Source of the DNA: Parcubacteria group bacterium GW2011_GWA2_49_9
Lineage (GTDB): Bacteria; Patescibacteriota; Minisyncoccia; Phycocordibacterales; UBA10002
Assembly (NCBI GenBank): GCA_001004005.1
Contig: LCQF01000006.1
Coordinates: forward strand, 1 to 49,232
Length of the DNA: 49,232 bases
Direction of reading: 5' to 3'
The notes under the pieces are model-generated. The model was given only the letters and a program-made list of their open reading frames with translations. It was not told the DNA's origin and did no database searches. The number at the start of each line of letters is the position of its first letter. Positions within the stretch are counted from its first letter, which is position 1. The position numbers and the translations under genes are program-made. Below, piece by piece: positions 18,380 through 27,575 of the stretch.

Positions 18380-19480
18380 ATGAAATACTGCATTGTTACA
18401 ACTACCATTAATGTTCCGCGACTCCTTTCTGCGTATGTAGAGGACTGTCGTCATTTTGGTCACGACTGTGTATTTGTCGTGGTTGGAGATAAACAGACGC
18501 CGCGCGCAGCCGAAACGTATTGCAAAACGCTCGCCAAAAGAACCGGCACAGAAATCGTGTATATGGATGTCTTAGACCAAGAACGTTATCTGGCGAGATT
18601 TCCGGAACTTCGACGATATCTTCCGTATCGTTCAGTGCAGCGGCGCAATGTTGGGCTGCTCTACGCGTATGAGCGTGGCGCGGATGTACTCGTGACGATT
18701 GACGACGATAATTTTCTTCAGACTAAAAATTTTCTTGGTGCGCATCGGCTCGGGCGCTCAAGCTTAGATGTGGCGAGAGCACGAGACGGTTGGTTTAATG
18801 TCTGCTCGTTTCTGCGGGAAAAAAACAAGCGCGAGTTCTTCCATCGTGGCACTCCGCTCGAGGCACGGTTTATGCAGGGTGGCGTGCGGATGCAGAAAAA
18901 AGAAGTATATGTAGCCGTGAATGCTGGGCTGTGGCTGGAAGACCCAGACATAGATGCTCTGACGCGCCTCTACTTTCTAGGCAATCCAATTCGTTCAATT
19001 GCATACAGCCGAAAGAAAAACTTCGCGCTTGCTCCCCAAACCTGGAGTCCGTTCAACTCCCAAAATACCGCACTCGCGCGCGAAGTTCTGCCGGCATATT
19101 TCTTAAGCCCAACAGTTGGTCGCTACGATGATATCTTTGGCTCATATGTGGTGCGGAGAATTGCAGATCACCTCGGACATGCAGTGTCATACGGATTTCC
19201 GCTCGTTGCGCAACACAGGAATCCGCATAACCATTGGAAGGACTTCCTTGAATTGGAAGCCACAGGGCACAGATTGGTCGGGGTGTTTACTGTTGCGCTC
19301 CGTAGCATCCGTGTCGTAGGTAGAGATTATCACGCTTGCTACAGCGAGATTATTCGTTCACTCCCGAAAGCACTTTTCAGTACTGGTAAAACATTGACCG
19401 CAGAGGAACGGGCATATTTCTTGGGGTATGTGAGCGGTATGAAAGTCTGGCACGCAACTTTTGACCGCATTCTTGTATAA
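18380..19480 (+). CDS. Reversibly-glycosylated-polypeptide (RGP/GT75, UDP-arabinopyranose-mutase-like) family protein
   Basis: 'IVTTTINVP', 'TIDDDNF', 'HRGTPLEAR..VAVNAGLWLEDPDIDALTRL', 'RYDDIFGSYVVRRIADHLGHAVSYGFPLVAQHRN'. This parallels my recollection of the plant RGP signature '..RGYPF..GLWLN.PDYDA.TQ..' and 'R.DDMW.G...K.I.DHLG.GVKTG.PY..H'. Confidence 0.6.
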   Translation: MKYCIVTTTINVPRLLSAYVEDCRHFGHDCVFVVVGDKQTPRAAETYCKTLAKRTGTEIVYMDVLDQERYLARFPELRRYLPYRSVQRRNVGLLYAYERGADVLVTIDDDNFLQTKNFLGAHRLGRSSLDVARARDGWFNVCSFLREKNKREFFHRGTPLEARFMQGGVRMQKKEVYVAVNAGLWLEDPDIDALTRLYFLGNPIRSIAYSRKKNFALAPQTWSPFNSQNTALAREVLPAYFLSPTVGRYDDIFGSYVVRRIADHLGHAVSYGFPLVAQHRNPHNHWKDFLELEATGHRLVGVFTVALRSIRVVGRDYHACYSEIIRSLPKALFSTGKTLTAEERAYFLGYVSGMKVWHATFDRILV

Positions 19481-19559
19481 TACCTGCGTATTGCCGTAAC
19501 GGCACGTAATGTCCTATGGTTATATTAAAGCTTATTTTGATTAGCTAGCGCCATCTCTT

Positions 19560-20414
19560 ATGGAACAGGAGCCGGAACTTACAGAAGGATATCAATATAC
19601 GCGAACGCGCTATGACCGCTTCATCGCCAAAACGAAAGCGCACTGGTATGCGGCAGTGGAGCCACGACTTTTGCGGTTGGCACGGTTTTTGCATGAGAGT
19701 GAATACCAAGACACATCTGAAAAGCCGCTTATTAGCATCATGATGCCGACGTTTAAACGTGGGCAGCTTCTCATTGACCGTACACTACCTTCAATTCTTG
19801 CGCAGACCTACCAGAATTTTGAAGTGATTATTGTCGGCGACCGGCGCATTGACAATACGGAGAAACTAATCCAAAACCTTAATCATCCAAAAGTTCATTT
19901 TTATCACCGTGCAGAGTACACGCATTACCCTAAGGATGTGAAAGCGCGTTGGCATGTCGGCGGCGGACCCCAACGTAACCGCGGACTTTCGCTTTCGCGT
20001 GGGAAGTGGATTGCCGAGCTTGATGATGACGATATTTTCACCCCAGACCATCTTGAGACGCTTCTATCACATGCGCAGAAGAATAATCTTGAGTTTGTTT
20101 CAAGTTCTAATGTTATGCGGAGGCGTGGGGTGGATTATGTCGTAGATTCCGGTTGGGAGACCCCGTTAGTCGGTGGCATCTCAACTTGGCTGTACCGGTC
20201 ATATCTCACCTTTTTCCGCTATAATATGGATTCTTGGCGAAAGGGATATAATCGACCACAAGATTATGACCGTGCTATGCGAATGTACAAGGCTGGCGCA
20301 CGTACTGGATTTATCAAAAAAGTACTGGCTTACAGTTATCCGGTGCCTGGCTCTGGTCTCACATCGGTTGGTCTCGACGCAATCGAGGAGCGGACCGGAC
20401 TTAAACTTCGCTAG
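19560..20414 (+). CDS. Glycosyltransferase family 2
   Basis: 'ISIMMPTFKRGQLL..SILAQTYQNFEVIIVGD', and the DXD motif in 'ELDDDDIF'. Confidence 0.85.
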   Translation: MEQEPELTEGYQYTRTRYDRFIAKTKAHWYAAVEPRLLRLARFLHESEYQDTSEKPLISIMMPTFKRGQLLIDRTLPSILAQTYQNFEVIIVGDRRIDNTEKLIQNLNHPKVHFYHRAEYTHYPKDVKARWHVGGGPQRNRGLSLSRGKWIAELDDDDIFTPDHLETLLSHAQKNNLEFVSSSNVMRRRGVDYVVDSGWETPLVGGISTWLYRSYLTFFRYNMDSWRKGYNRPQDYDRAMRMYKAGARTGFIKKVLAYSYPVPGSGLTSVGLDAIEERTGLKLR

Positions 20415-20463
20415 ACACAAATGCCATGAGGATTGGTTTTTACCTACAACGCCATATGAAAAA

Positions 20464-21243
20464 ATGGTTCGCGTGAATCTTTCAAAAAACATCCGTATTA
20501 TTCCACGGCTGGATATCAAAGGGCCAAATGTGGTGAAGCCGGTACACACCGAGGCGCTCCGGGTAGTCGGCAACCCGAAAGAGTTGGCGGCGCGCTACTA
20601 CCGCGAGGGGGCTGACGAGCTTCTCTATCTTGATATCGTCGCGAGTTTGTATCAGCGAAATCTTGATTTCGAGCTGTTGAAACAGGTAACCGACGGCATC
20701 TTCATTCCCGTCACGGTCGGCGGCGGTATCCGTTCACTCACCGATATCACCAACGCGCTCCGTGCCGGAGCCGACAAAGTGGCGATTAACACGTACGCGA
20801 TACATCATCCCGAATTCCTGACGGCAGCGGCGAAAGAATTCGGCTCGCAATGTATCGTCCTGTTTATCGAAGCGAAAAAGCAACCCAGTGGTTCCTATGA
20901 GGCGTATACCGATGGCGGACGCGAACACTCCGGTGTTGACGCGATTGACTGGGCGAAGCGGGGCATTGACCTCGGTGTCGGCGAGATTCTGATATCTTCC
21001 GTCGACCGTGACGGGACGCGGAAGGGCTTTGACAACGAACTTCTCCGGCGTATCGGCGAGTTTGCGCCGATACCGGTTATCGCGCACGGCGGAGCAGGTA
21101 GCATGGAATCATGCGTCACTGCGGTACGGGAAGGAAAGGCCGACGCACTTTCCGCATCGTCGGTATTCCACTACGGTGATTTCACTATCGGGGCGCTCAA
21201 AACATTTCTTACTGAGGCCGGCGTTAACGTACGACGAGTATGA
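20464..21243 (+). CDS. HisF-like cyclase subunit (glycosyl-amidation-associated WbuZ type)
   Basis: 'IIPRLDIKG..VVK', 'GADELLYLDI', 'PVTVGGGIRS', 'GADKVAINT', 'GVGEILISSVDRDGT..G', 'PVIAHGGAG'. The ORF track begins at 20173, but that part overlaps the preceding GT2 gene. Confidence 0.88.
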   Translation: MVRVNLSKNIRIIPRLDIKGPNVVKPVHTEALRVVGNPKELAARYYREGADELLYLDIVASLYQRNLDFELLKQVTDGIFIPVTVGGGIRSLTDITNALRAGADKVAINTYAIHHPEFLTAAAKEFGSQCIVLFIEAKKQPSGSYEAYTDGGREHSGVDAIDWAKRGIDLGVGEILISSVDRDGTRKGFDNELLRRIGEFAPIPVIAHGGAGSMESCVTAVREGKADALSASSVFHYGDFTIGALKTFLTEAGVNVRRV

Positions 21244-21776
21244 GCACAGGTGCAAAAGAACTAGTTATCGTGGATTATGGTGTCGGGAATCTTCAGAGCC
21301 TGAAGAGAGCTTTTAACTTTTGTGGCGTAGAGCCGGTTATCTCTGAAGACCCTGACGTCGTCGCCGTTGCCGATATACTGGTTCTTCCTGGAGTCGGCTC
21401 GTTTGAGGCCGGCATGCGTGGCCTCAAACTTCGTGGTCTTACCGAAGTTGTGAAACGGGTTATCAAATTTCAGGAGCTTCCCGAAAAAGAAAAAATCCCA
21501 CAGGTCGGCTGGAACAGTGTGCTTCCTTCAGCATCAGTTTCGTGGAGAGGCACCATCTTCAATGGCCTTGAGAAAAGATGTATTGTGTATTTTGTCCATT
21601 CGTATATCTTCAAGCCCGAAGATACGCAAAATGTGCTAGGAGAGACAATCTATGGAGGCCTCACATTTTGCTCGGCGGTGCGCAAGGGAAATGTCTACGG
21701 AACACAGTTTCATCCCGAAAAGAGCGGGACCGTCGGGCTTGAGATACTTAAGAATTTTGTTACGCTAGTAAACTAA
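21240..21776 (+). CDS. HisH-like glutamine amidotransferase subunit (WbuY type) lacking the nucleophile-cysteine segment
   Basis: 'VIVDYGVGNL.S', 'LVLPGVGSF', 'VGWNSV', 'YFVHSY', 'GTQFHPEKSG' are present. The 'G.CLGMQ' block normally between 'EVVKR' and 'KF..(M/V)GWN' is absent, and the protein is 178 aa versus ~200. Confidence 0.8.
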   Translation: MSTGAKELVIVDYGVGNLQSLKRAFNFCGVEPVISEDPDVVAVADILVLPGVGSFEAGMRGLKLRGLTEVVKRVIKFQELPEKEKIPQVGWNSVLPSASVSWRGTIFNGLEKRCIVYFVHSYIFKPEDTQNVLGETIYGGLTFCSAVRKGNVYGTQFHPEKSGTVGLEILKNFVTLVN

Positions 21777-21781
21777 GTTGT

Positions 21782-23095
21782 ATGGCAAAACGAGAATCAG
21801 AATCAAAAGAACTTGAAACAAAGTACGGACTTCCCCGTGATGTCCGGTTTTGCGCTCGGTGCATCATTTCGAACCAACGGCCGAATTCCACCGTGGAATT
21901 CACGCACACCCGCGACTCCAAAAAGAAGACTATTCATTTTGATACGCAAGGCGTCTGTGATGCCTGCAGATTTGCGGAAAAGAAGCAAAGCGAAATAGAC
22001 TGGAAAAAACGCGACGAGGAACTTCGGGAGCTTTGTGACAGGTTTCGCAAAACGAACGGCGAGTACGATTGCATCGTGCCCGGTTCGGGAGGCAAAGACA
22101 GCTTTTACGCGGCGCATATGCTGAAGTACGTCTATGGCATGCATCCGCTCACGGTGACATGGGCTCCACATCTGTACACCGACTGGGGTTGGAAGAATTT
22201 TCAATCGTGGATTCACGCGGGGTTTGATAACTATCTGCATACGCCAAACGGCCGAGTACACCGACTGCTCACGCGCCTTGCCGTCGAAAATCTATTTCAT
22301 CCGTTCCAGCCGTTTATCCTCGGCCAGAAGTCTCTCGCCCCCAAGCTCGCGCTCCGTTTCAACATCCCGCTCGTTTTTTATGGGGAAAACGAAGCCGAGT
22401 ACGGCAACGCGCTCGCGGACCTCGAAAAGGCGGAACGCGACTGGTCGTATTTCACCTCGTCCGACAAAACCAAAGTGTTTCTCGGCGGGGTTTCTGTCTC
22501 GGAACTGCAAAAAAAATACGGAGTCGACGCAGCAGACCTGAAGCCGTATTTTCCCGGGAACCCCAAGGATATGTCGAAGCTCGGACTTGAAGTACATTTT
22601 CTCGGATACTATCTCAAGTGGCACCCCCAATCCGCGTACTACTACGCGGTGGAACATGGCGGCTTTCAAGCCTCTCCCGAGCGCACACCCGGTACGTATA
22701 GTAAGTACAACTCGATTGACGACAAGGTGGACGACCTGCACTATTACACGACGTTCGTGAAATTTGGCATCGGGCGTGCGTCCTATGACGCCTCGCAGGA
22801 AATTCGCAATGGGGAGATAACGCGCACGGAAGGTGTCGCTTTGGTGAAGCGATTCGACGGGGAATATCCAACACGATTTGAAAAAGAACTTTTTGAGTAC
22901 TTGAGCATATCACCCAAAGAATTTCCGCTTGCCCACAAGGAGTTCGCGCATCCCGAGATGACCCGTCAGTATTTTATGAAACTCGCCGATTCGTTCCGCT
23001 CGCCACATTTGTGGAAGAAGGAAGGTACAGAATGGAAGCTTAGACATACCTTAGAGCCTGTTCATAATCTAACCGTATTCTATGGCTCAACATAA
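21782..23095 (+). CDS. N-acetyl sugar amidotransferase (PP-loop ATP pyrophosphatase; WbuX/PseA/WbpG-type)
   Basis: N-terminal Cys pairs 'CARCIISNQRP..GVCDAC', the PP-loop 'VPGSGGKDS', and adjacency to the HisH/HisF-like pair. Confidence 0.85.
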   Translation: MAKRESESKELETKYGLPRDVRFCARCIISNQRPNSTVEFTHTRDSKKKTIHFDTQGVCDACRFAEKKQSEIDWKKRDEELRELCDRFRKTNGEYDCIVPGSGGKDSFYAAHMLKYVYGMHPLTVTWAPHLYTDWGWKNFQSWIHAGFDNYLHTPNGRVHRLLTRLAVENLFHPFQPFILGQKSLAPKLALRFNIPLVFYGENEAEYGNALADLEKAERDWSYFTSSDKTKVFLGGVSVSELQKKYGVDAADLKPYFPGNPKDMSKLGLEVHFLGYYLKWHPQSAYYYAVEHGGFQASPERTPGTYSKYNSIDDKVDDLHYYTTFVKFGIGRASYDASQEIRNGEITRTEGVALVKRFDGEYPTRFEKELFEYLSISPKEFPLAHKEFAHPEMTRQYFMKLADSFRSPHLWKKEGTEWKLRHTLEPVHNLTVFYGST

Positions 23096-23239
23096 ACACT
23101 TGCCTGCCGAACTGTCCAAAATTCTGCTACAAATCGCGTCTTTCTCGTCAGCGTACCTCGATATGCTTGCCTCGAAATCCGCAATTTTCGCAACGAATTT
23201 TGAACATTTCGCCTAGGCATTAGATTTTGAACAGGCTCT
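23053..23239. repeat. 20-bp inverted repeat pair bounding ~190 bp that spans the amidotransferase 3' end and the downstream spacer
   Basis: 'agagcctgttcataatctaa' (23053-23072) versus 'ttagattttgaacaggctct' (23220-23239), reverse complement with one mismatch. Confidence 0.6.
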
Positions 23240-23253
23240 TACGTTAAACAACC

Positions 23254-23967
23254 ATGAAATTACTCGCCGTCATACCCGCCCGTGCGGGCTCCACACGCCT
23301 TCGCAATAAAAACATCCGGAATTTTTGCGGGAAGCCGCTTATCGCCTACGCCATCGAGCAGGCGAAACGACATCCTCGTGTTGATCGGGTCATTGTCGAT
23401 ACCGATTCACAAGCTATCGCCGATGTTGCGATTGCCTACGGAGCGGAAGCGCCGTTCCTGCGGCCGGCGGCACTCGCTACCGCAACCGCTGGTATCAATG
23501 ATGCGCTTCTGCTCCTGCTTCAAAGACTGCGGGAGAAAGAAAAGTATGTATCGACGCATGTACTGCTTCTCCAAGCGACATCACCGCTTCGTAGTGACGA
23601 AGACATTACCGAATGCATACGGGTAATGGAAAAGACCAAGGCGACGACCGCCATAACCGTGGTGAGTACTCACCCCCAGCTTCACAACCTGTCGCCGAAC
23701 GGAGAAATAGTTCTGGCGAATAAGAGGAAAGTTAATTCGACGAACAGTCAGGCATGGCCCCAAGGATATCTTCAGAACGGCGGCGTATACATCGTGAAGA
23801 CTTCCGCGTTTCTCCTCGAGAAAGAGATTGAGACTAAACATACGTACGCCGTTATCTCGGAAAAATGGCGCGCCGTCGATATTGATACTCCCGAAGATTT
23901 CGTAGTAGCCGAGTATCTGTATACAAAGAAAGACGCGATTAAAAAAGATATTACCGATTTTAACTAA
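23254..23967 (+). CDS. Acylneuraminate cytidylyltransferase family (CMP-nonulosonic acid synthetase, NeuA/LegF/PseF-like)
   Basis: 'AVIPARAGSTRL.NKN...GKPLIAYAI', 'LQATSPLR', and a length of 237 aa. Confidence 0.9.
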   Translation: MKLLAVIPARAGSTRLRNKNIRNFCGKPLIAYAIEQAKRHPRVDRVIVDTDSQAIADVAIAYGAEAPFLRPAALATATAGINDALLLLLQRLREKEKYVSTHVLLLQATSPLRSDEDITECIRVMEKTKATTAITVVSTHPQLHNLSPNGEIVLANKRKVNSTNSQAWPQGYLQNGGVYIVKTSAFLLEKEIETKHTYAVISEKWRAVDIDTPEDFVVAEYLYTKKDAIKKDITDFN

Positions 23968-23999
23968 CGAATCATGCCAAAGAAAAAAGTCTGTATCAC

Positions 24000-24239
24000 T
24001 TGTTTTTTTACGGTGAAAATGAAGCCGGCAGATATAATTCAATCGATGATAAGATAGACGATCTTCATTACTACACTACCTTCAAATTCGGTATCAGGAG
24101 AGCGTCACATGATGCTTCTCAAGAGATTCGGAGTGGTGATATGATACGCAGAGGGAGTATTGCTCTTGTCAGACGTTTCGATGGTGAATATCCAATACGA
24201 TTTGAAGAAGAATTGTTTGGCAGTTTAAACTCCCGGTGA
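24000..24239 (+). pseudogene. Relic of a second N-acetyl sugar amidotransferase paralogue (heavily truncated with internal losses)
   Basis: 'FFYGENEA|GRYNSIDDKIDDLHYYTTFKFGIRRASHDASQEIRSGDM..ALVRRFDGEYPIRFEEELF' matches two separated blocks of 21782-23095: 'VFYGENEAEYG' and 'YNSIDDKVDDLHYYTTFVKFGIGRASYDASQEIRNGE..ALVKRFDGEYPTRFEKELF'. An out-of-frame 'MPKKKVCITC' at 23974 resembles the family's N-terminus. Confidence 0.8.
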
Positions 24240-24434
24240 CTGAATCACTAAGACAGCACAAACCTTAATTGCAGAAGTCATTCACCCGTGACATAAGCAT
24301 GTCAGTATGCGAATGATATAAACTATCCGAGTCACCACGAATAAGACAACTCACGCTCGAGTGCAAAGTTGTTCGGATGACTGGGTAGGAGTTTAGCACT
24401 TCGCGGCGGCCCACTTAATCTTTCTTTTCTTATC

Positions 24435-25301
24435 ATGGGATTTCTCGTAGGTATTCTGACTGGATTTTTCACTTCGGTCGGCAATAACCAATTAAAGAAA
24501 CTGGCGGGAGTGCCAGCTTCGTTCATTGTCAGTAACCAATTTGTGATTGGAACTATCATGTTGGCAATAGCCGTTTCCTTGTTTGGAAACTGGGAATTGC
24601 CTCCTCTTGCATTTTTTGCACTGCTCGTGATACTCACCACTATCGAATATCTCAACTCGTATATATACGCGAGAGCACTTCAACTTTCTCCCCAATCTCT
24701 TGTTGGTCCACTCTATTCTCTTTCGGTTGTCTTTCTCGCCCCTCTTGGAATACTGTTTTTGGGTGAGACGCCAAACATGTCTGGGTGGCTCGGCATCATC
24801 CTCTCGGTTGTAGGTTCGCTACTACTTGGTTTTGATACGGGAGACCCTGGAATCCGTCCTGCTGTGCGCGCTCTGCTTAGGGAGCGGGGAAGTTATTTTA
24901 TGCTCGGCTCGGCGCTGCTTTCCGCCGTCGCCGTCATTCTCACCAAATTCTCATACGTCTCCGTGCCCCCGCTCCTTTCCGGGTTTTGGATTTATGTAGG
25001 ACTCACGGTCATTTCCACGGGTATAGCGTTTAGGAGAGGTCTTCCCGTGGTTTCAAAAGAGTTGAGCATGCCATTTTTGTACCTTCTTCTTGCCACAGGT
25101 TTTGGGGTGGTTTTTCACTATATCGGTCTCGCACTTATCCCCGCGGCTTACTTTATTGCTTGTAAGCGCTCCAGCGTTCTATTTGATGTCGTATTGGGGA
25201 GGGTGGTGCATGGCGAAACGCACTTTCGCTCCCGCCTTTTGGGAGCGTTTGTTATGTTTGTGGGGGTATTGCTTGTAATGTTTTCCGGGAGAACTTTTTA
25301 G
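24435..25301 (+). CDS. EamA/DMT-superfamily transporter
   Basis: About 10 predicted TM helices in two similar halves; 288 aa. Confidence 0.75.
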   Translation: MGFLVGILTGFFTSVGNNQLKKLAGVPASFIVSNQFVIGTIMLAIAVSLFGNWELPPLAFFALLVILTTIEYLNSYIYARALQLSPQSLVGPLYSLSVVFLAPLGILFLGETPNMSGWLGIILSVVGSLLLGFDTGDPGIRPAVRALLRERGSYFMLGSALLSAVAVILTKFSYVSVPPLLSGFWIYVGLTVISTGIAFRRGLPVVSKELSMPFLYLLLATGFGVVFHYIGLALIPAAYFIACKRSSVLFDVVLGRVVHGETHFRSRLLGAFVMFVGVLLVMFSGRTF

Positions 25302-25515
25302 GTTAGGGGGAGTTATACACAAGGCGGGAGCAGAGGACCAACAATTTGCATTGAAAGAATTTTCTTATATTGTATTTATCCATGATTCTTCTTGAAAATT
25401 GCCGATGTCTTCCGTCCCCCCACATCTCTAAGGAGAAAAAGAAAGAAATCTTGAAATTAGGACATCACGCCAGTTCGGGATGTATCACAATTCATTAGTT
25501 TAGTATACGATTTCT

Positions 25516-26463
25516 ATGTCAAAAACATCTAAGCAAGTATTTATCACCGGCGGTGCCGGATTCATCGGGCAGGCGGCAGCGAAAGCCTTCGCTAAAGCGG
25601 GTTACCGTGTAAAGACTTTTGACCTCTCCTCGCCCAAGGAGAGCATAGGGGAGCATGTAACCGGAACCATCATGTTTCCGGAAGAACTCTATAATGCCAT
25701 GAAGGGTTCTGACTATGTCGTGCATCTTGCGGCCATGCTCGGGGTGAAGCGAACGGAAACAGCACGGCTTCAGTGTCTGACCGTAAATACCATAGGTACC
25801 ATCAATGTGCTTGATGCGGCGGTTAAGGCGGGCGTGAAGAAAATAGTATTCGCCTCGTCGTCAGAGGTATACGGCGAACCTATCAAGACACCGCTTTCGG
25901 AAACCGACATTGTGTTTCCGAAATCCGTCTACGCGGTCTCAAAATTGGCCGGAGAAGAGTACATGCGGGCGTACAAGCAAAGCCACGACCTCGATTTTTC
26001 GATTGTCCGTTTTTTTAATGTGTACGGTCCGGGGCAGGTTGCGGAATTTGTGATGCCGAATTTTATCAAAGCCGCGCTTGCGGGAATGCCTATCCCAATA
26101 AACGGAGACGGGACGCAGGTGCGCTCATTCTGCTACGTGGATGACGCGGCGCGCGGAGTCCTCCTTTCGCTTGAGAGCAAGAAAGCGAACGGTGAGGTAT
26201 TCAACATCGGCAACGATGCCGCGGCTATTTCTCTCAATGACCTCGCGCACAAAGTGCTCACACACGCCGGCAAAAACAGGAAACATGTCGTGTATCTCAA
26301 AGAACATCAAGCTGACCGTCTTCACTCGCGCGAGATCAAGACCCGTACGGCAGATATTACCAAGGCTCGAAAAGTGCTGAAGTACAAACCCAGTGTACAC
26401 CTCGATGAAGGTATCAAGCGCATTATCAAAAGCCGGAATATCCCCGACTCGAAAGCGCTTTAA
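25516..26463 (+). CDS. NAD-dependent epimerase/dehydratase (UDP-sugar 4-epimerase-like SDR)
   Basis: 'VFITGGAGFIGQ', 'VVHLAAM', 'ASSSEVYG', 'YAVSKLAGE', 'RFFNVYGPG'. Confidence 0.88.
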   Translation: MSKTSKQVFITGGAGFIGQAAAKAFAKAGYRVKTFDLSSPKESIGEHVTGTIMFPEELYNAMKGSDYVVHLAAMLGVKRTETARLQCLTVNTIGTINVLDAAVKAGVKKIVFASSSEVYGEPIKTPLSETDIVFPKSVYAVSKLAGEEYMRAYKQSHDLDFSIVRFFNVYGPGQVAEFVMPNFIKAALAGMPIPINGDGTQVRSFCYVDDAARGVLLSLESKKANGEVFNIGNDAAAISLNDLAHKVLTHAGKNRKHVVYLKEHQADRLHSREIKTRTADITKARKVLKYKPSVHLDEGIKRIIKSRNIPDSKAL

Positions 26464-26474
26464 TTTCTTCACCC

Positions 26475-27569
26475 ATGAACAACAACATGATTCACTTCGG
26501 TTCTGTTTCCGTCGGCGAAGGGAAACCTTGCGTGGTTATCGCGGAGGGGTGTGATAACCACGGCGGGAGTCTCACGAAGGCAAAAGAAATGGCCGCGGCG
26601 GCAAAAGAGTCCGGCGCAGACATTATCAAATTCCAGTTGCACCTCCCCGACGAGGAAATGGTGAAAGATGAAATGGATAAAGTTTCTTCCGGCGGTGCGT
26701 TTAAGCAGTGGGGGTCACTCTACGGCTTTATCAAAGCTCACCAGCTTTCGGTGGAAGGCCATGCCGACCTTATGGCCTACTGCAAAAAAATCGGCATAGA
26801 GTACCTCTGCACGCCGTTTTCACTGAGGGCCGCCGAGCTCCTGCGCGACATGGGCGCGACCGCCTTCAAAATCGGTTCCGGCGAAACCGAGGATTTGCCC
26901 ATGCTCGAGGAGGTGGCGAAGATGGGGAAACCGATGATGATAGCGACTGGTATGACAACCAAGGAAGAACTCGACGGGACGGTCACAACGATGCGTGCCA
27001 TCGGCACGCCATTTTGTCTTGCCCATTGTATTTCGGTCTATCCCGTAAAACGCCTGCGAGATTTGCATTTCGGAACCATCGCCGCTTACAGGGAGCGCTA
27101 CGACGTACCGGTCGGCTGGTCGGACCACACGCCGCCCGAAGGCATCACCGATGAAGAATCGGGCCGACAGTTTTCCGAAAATGAAATTCTCGCGGTGGCG
27201 CTCGGATGCGGCGCGAAGTTCATCGAAAAACACTTCACGCTTGACCGCGCCACGAAAGACGCCGACAGCTACTTCTCGCACGATCCGCAGACTCTGAAAA
27301 GCCTTGTAGAAAATGTCCGGCTTTGGGAACGTGCGCTCAAGGAACGTGACGGCGTGCTGACGGGAGAAAAAGGCGTCCGTTTGTGGGCGAAGCGAAGTCT
27401 TGTCGCTGTAGCGGATATTACCCGCGGTACGCCGCTTACACGGGAGCTTTTTACGTCCAAGCGTCCCGGCGTCGGCGTGCTCTCAAAAGGATATAAAGCC
27501 GTTCTTGGCAAGAAAGCCTCGCGCGACATTGCTGCGGGTGAAATAATCTACCCAAAAGATTTGTTGTAG
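26475..27569 (+). CDS. neuB: N-acetylneuraminate/legionaminate synthase family (NeuB/LegI/PseI-like) with C-terminal SAF domain
   Basis: 'GKPCVVIAEGCDNHGGSL..AKEM..AAKESGADIIKFQ', 'FKIGSGE', and a C-terminal 'RSLVAVADI.RGTPLT.ELFTSKRPG.G'. Confidence 0.88.
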   Translation: MNNNMIHFGSVSVGEGKPCVVIAEGCDNHGGSLTKAKEMAAAAKESGADIIKFQLHLPDEEMVKDEMDKVSSGGAFKQWGSLYGFIKAHQLSVEGHADLMAYCKKIGIEYLCTPFSLRAAELLRDMGATAFKIGSGETEDLPMLEEVAKMGKPMMIATGMTTKEELDGTVTTMRAIGTPFCLAHCISVYPVKRLRDLHFGTIAAYRERYDVPVGWSDHTPPEGITDEESGRQFSENEILAVALGCGAKFIEKHFTLDRATKDADSYFSHDPQTLKSLVENVRLWERALKERDGVLTGEKGVRLWAKRSLVAVADITRGTPLTRELFTSKRPGVGVLSKGYKAVLGKKASRDIAAGEIIYPKDLL

Positions 27570-27575
27570 AAGTCT

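Noticed and set aside
20173-20463. N-terminal extension of the HisF-like ORF (ORF track start 20173), and the similar extensions at 6326-6409, 9140-9184, 29682-29723 and 48608-48634.
   Set aside because: The extensions overlap the preceding gene or spacer. They have no family similarity, and conserved N-termini begin at the internal ATGs chosen in the feature list.
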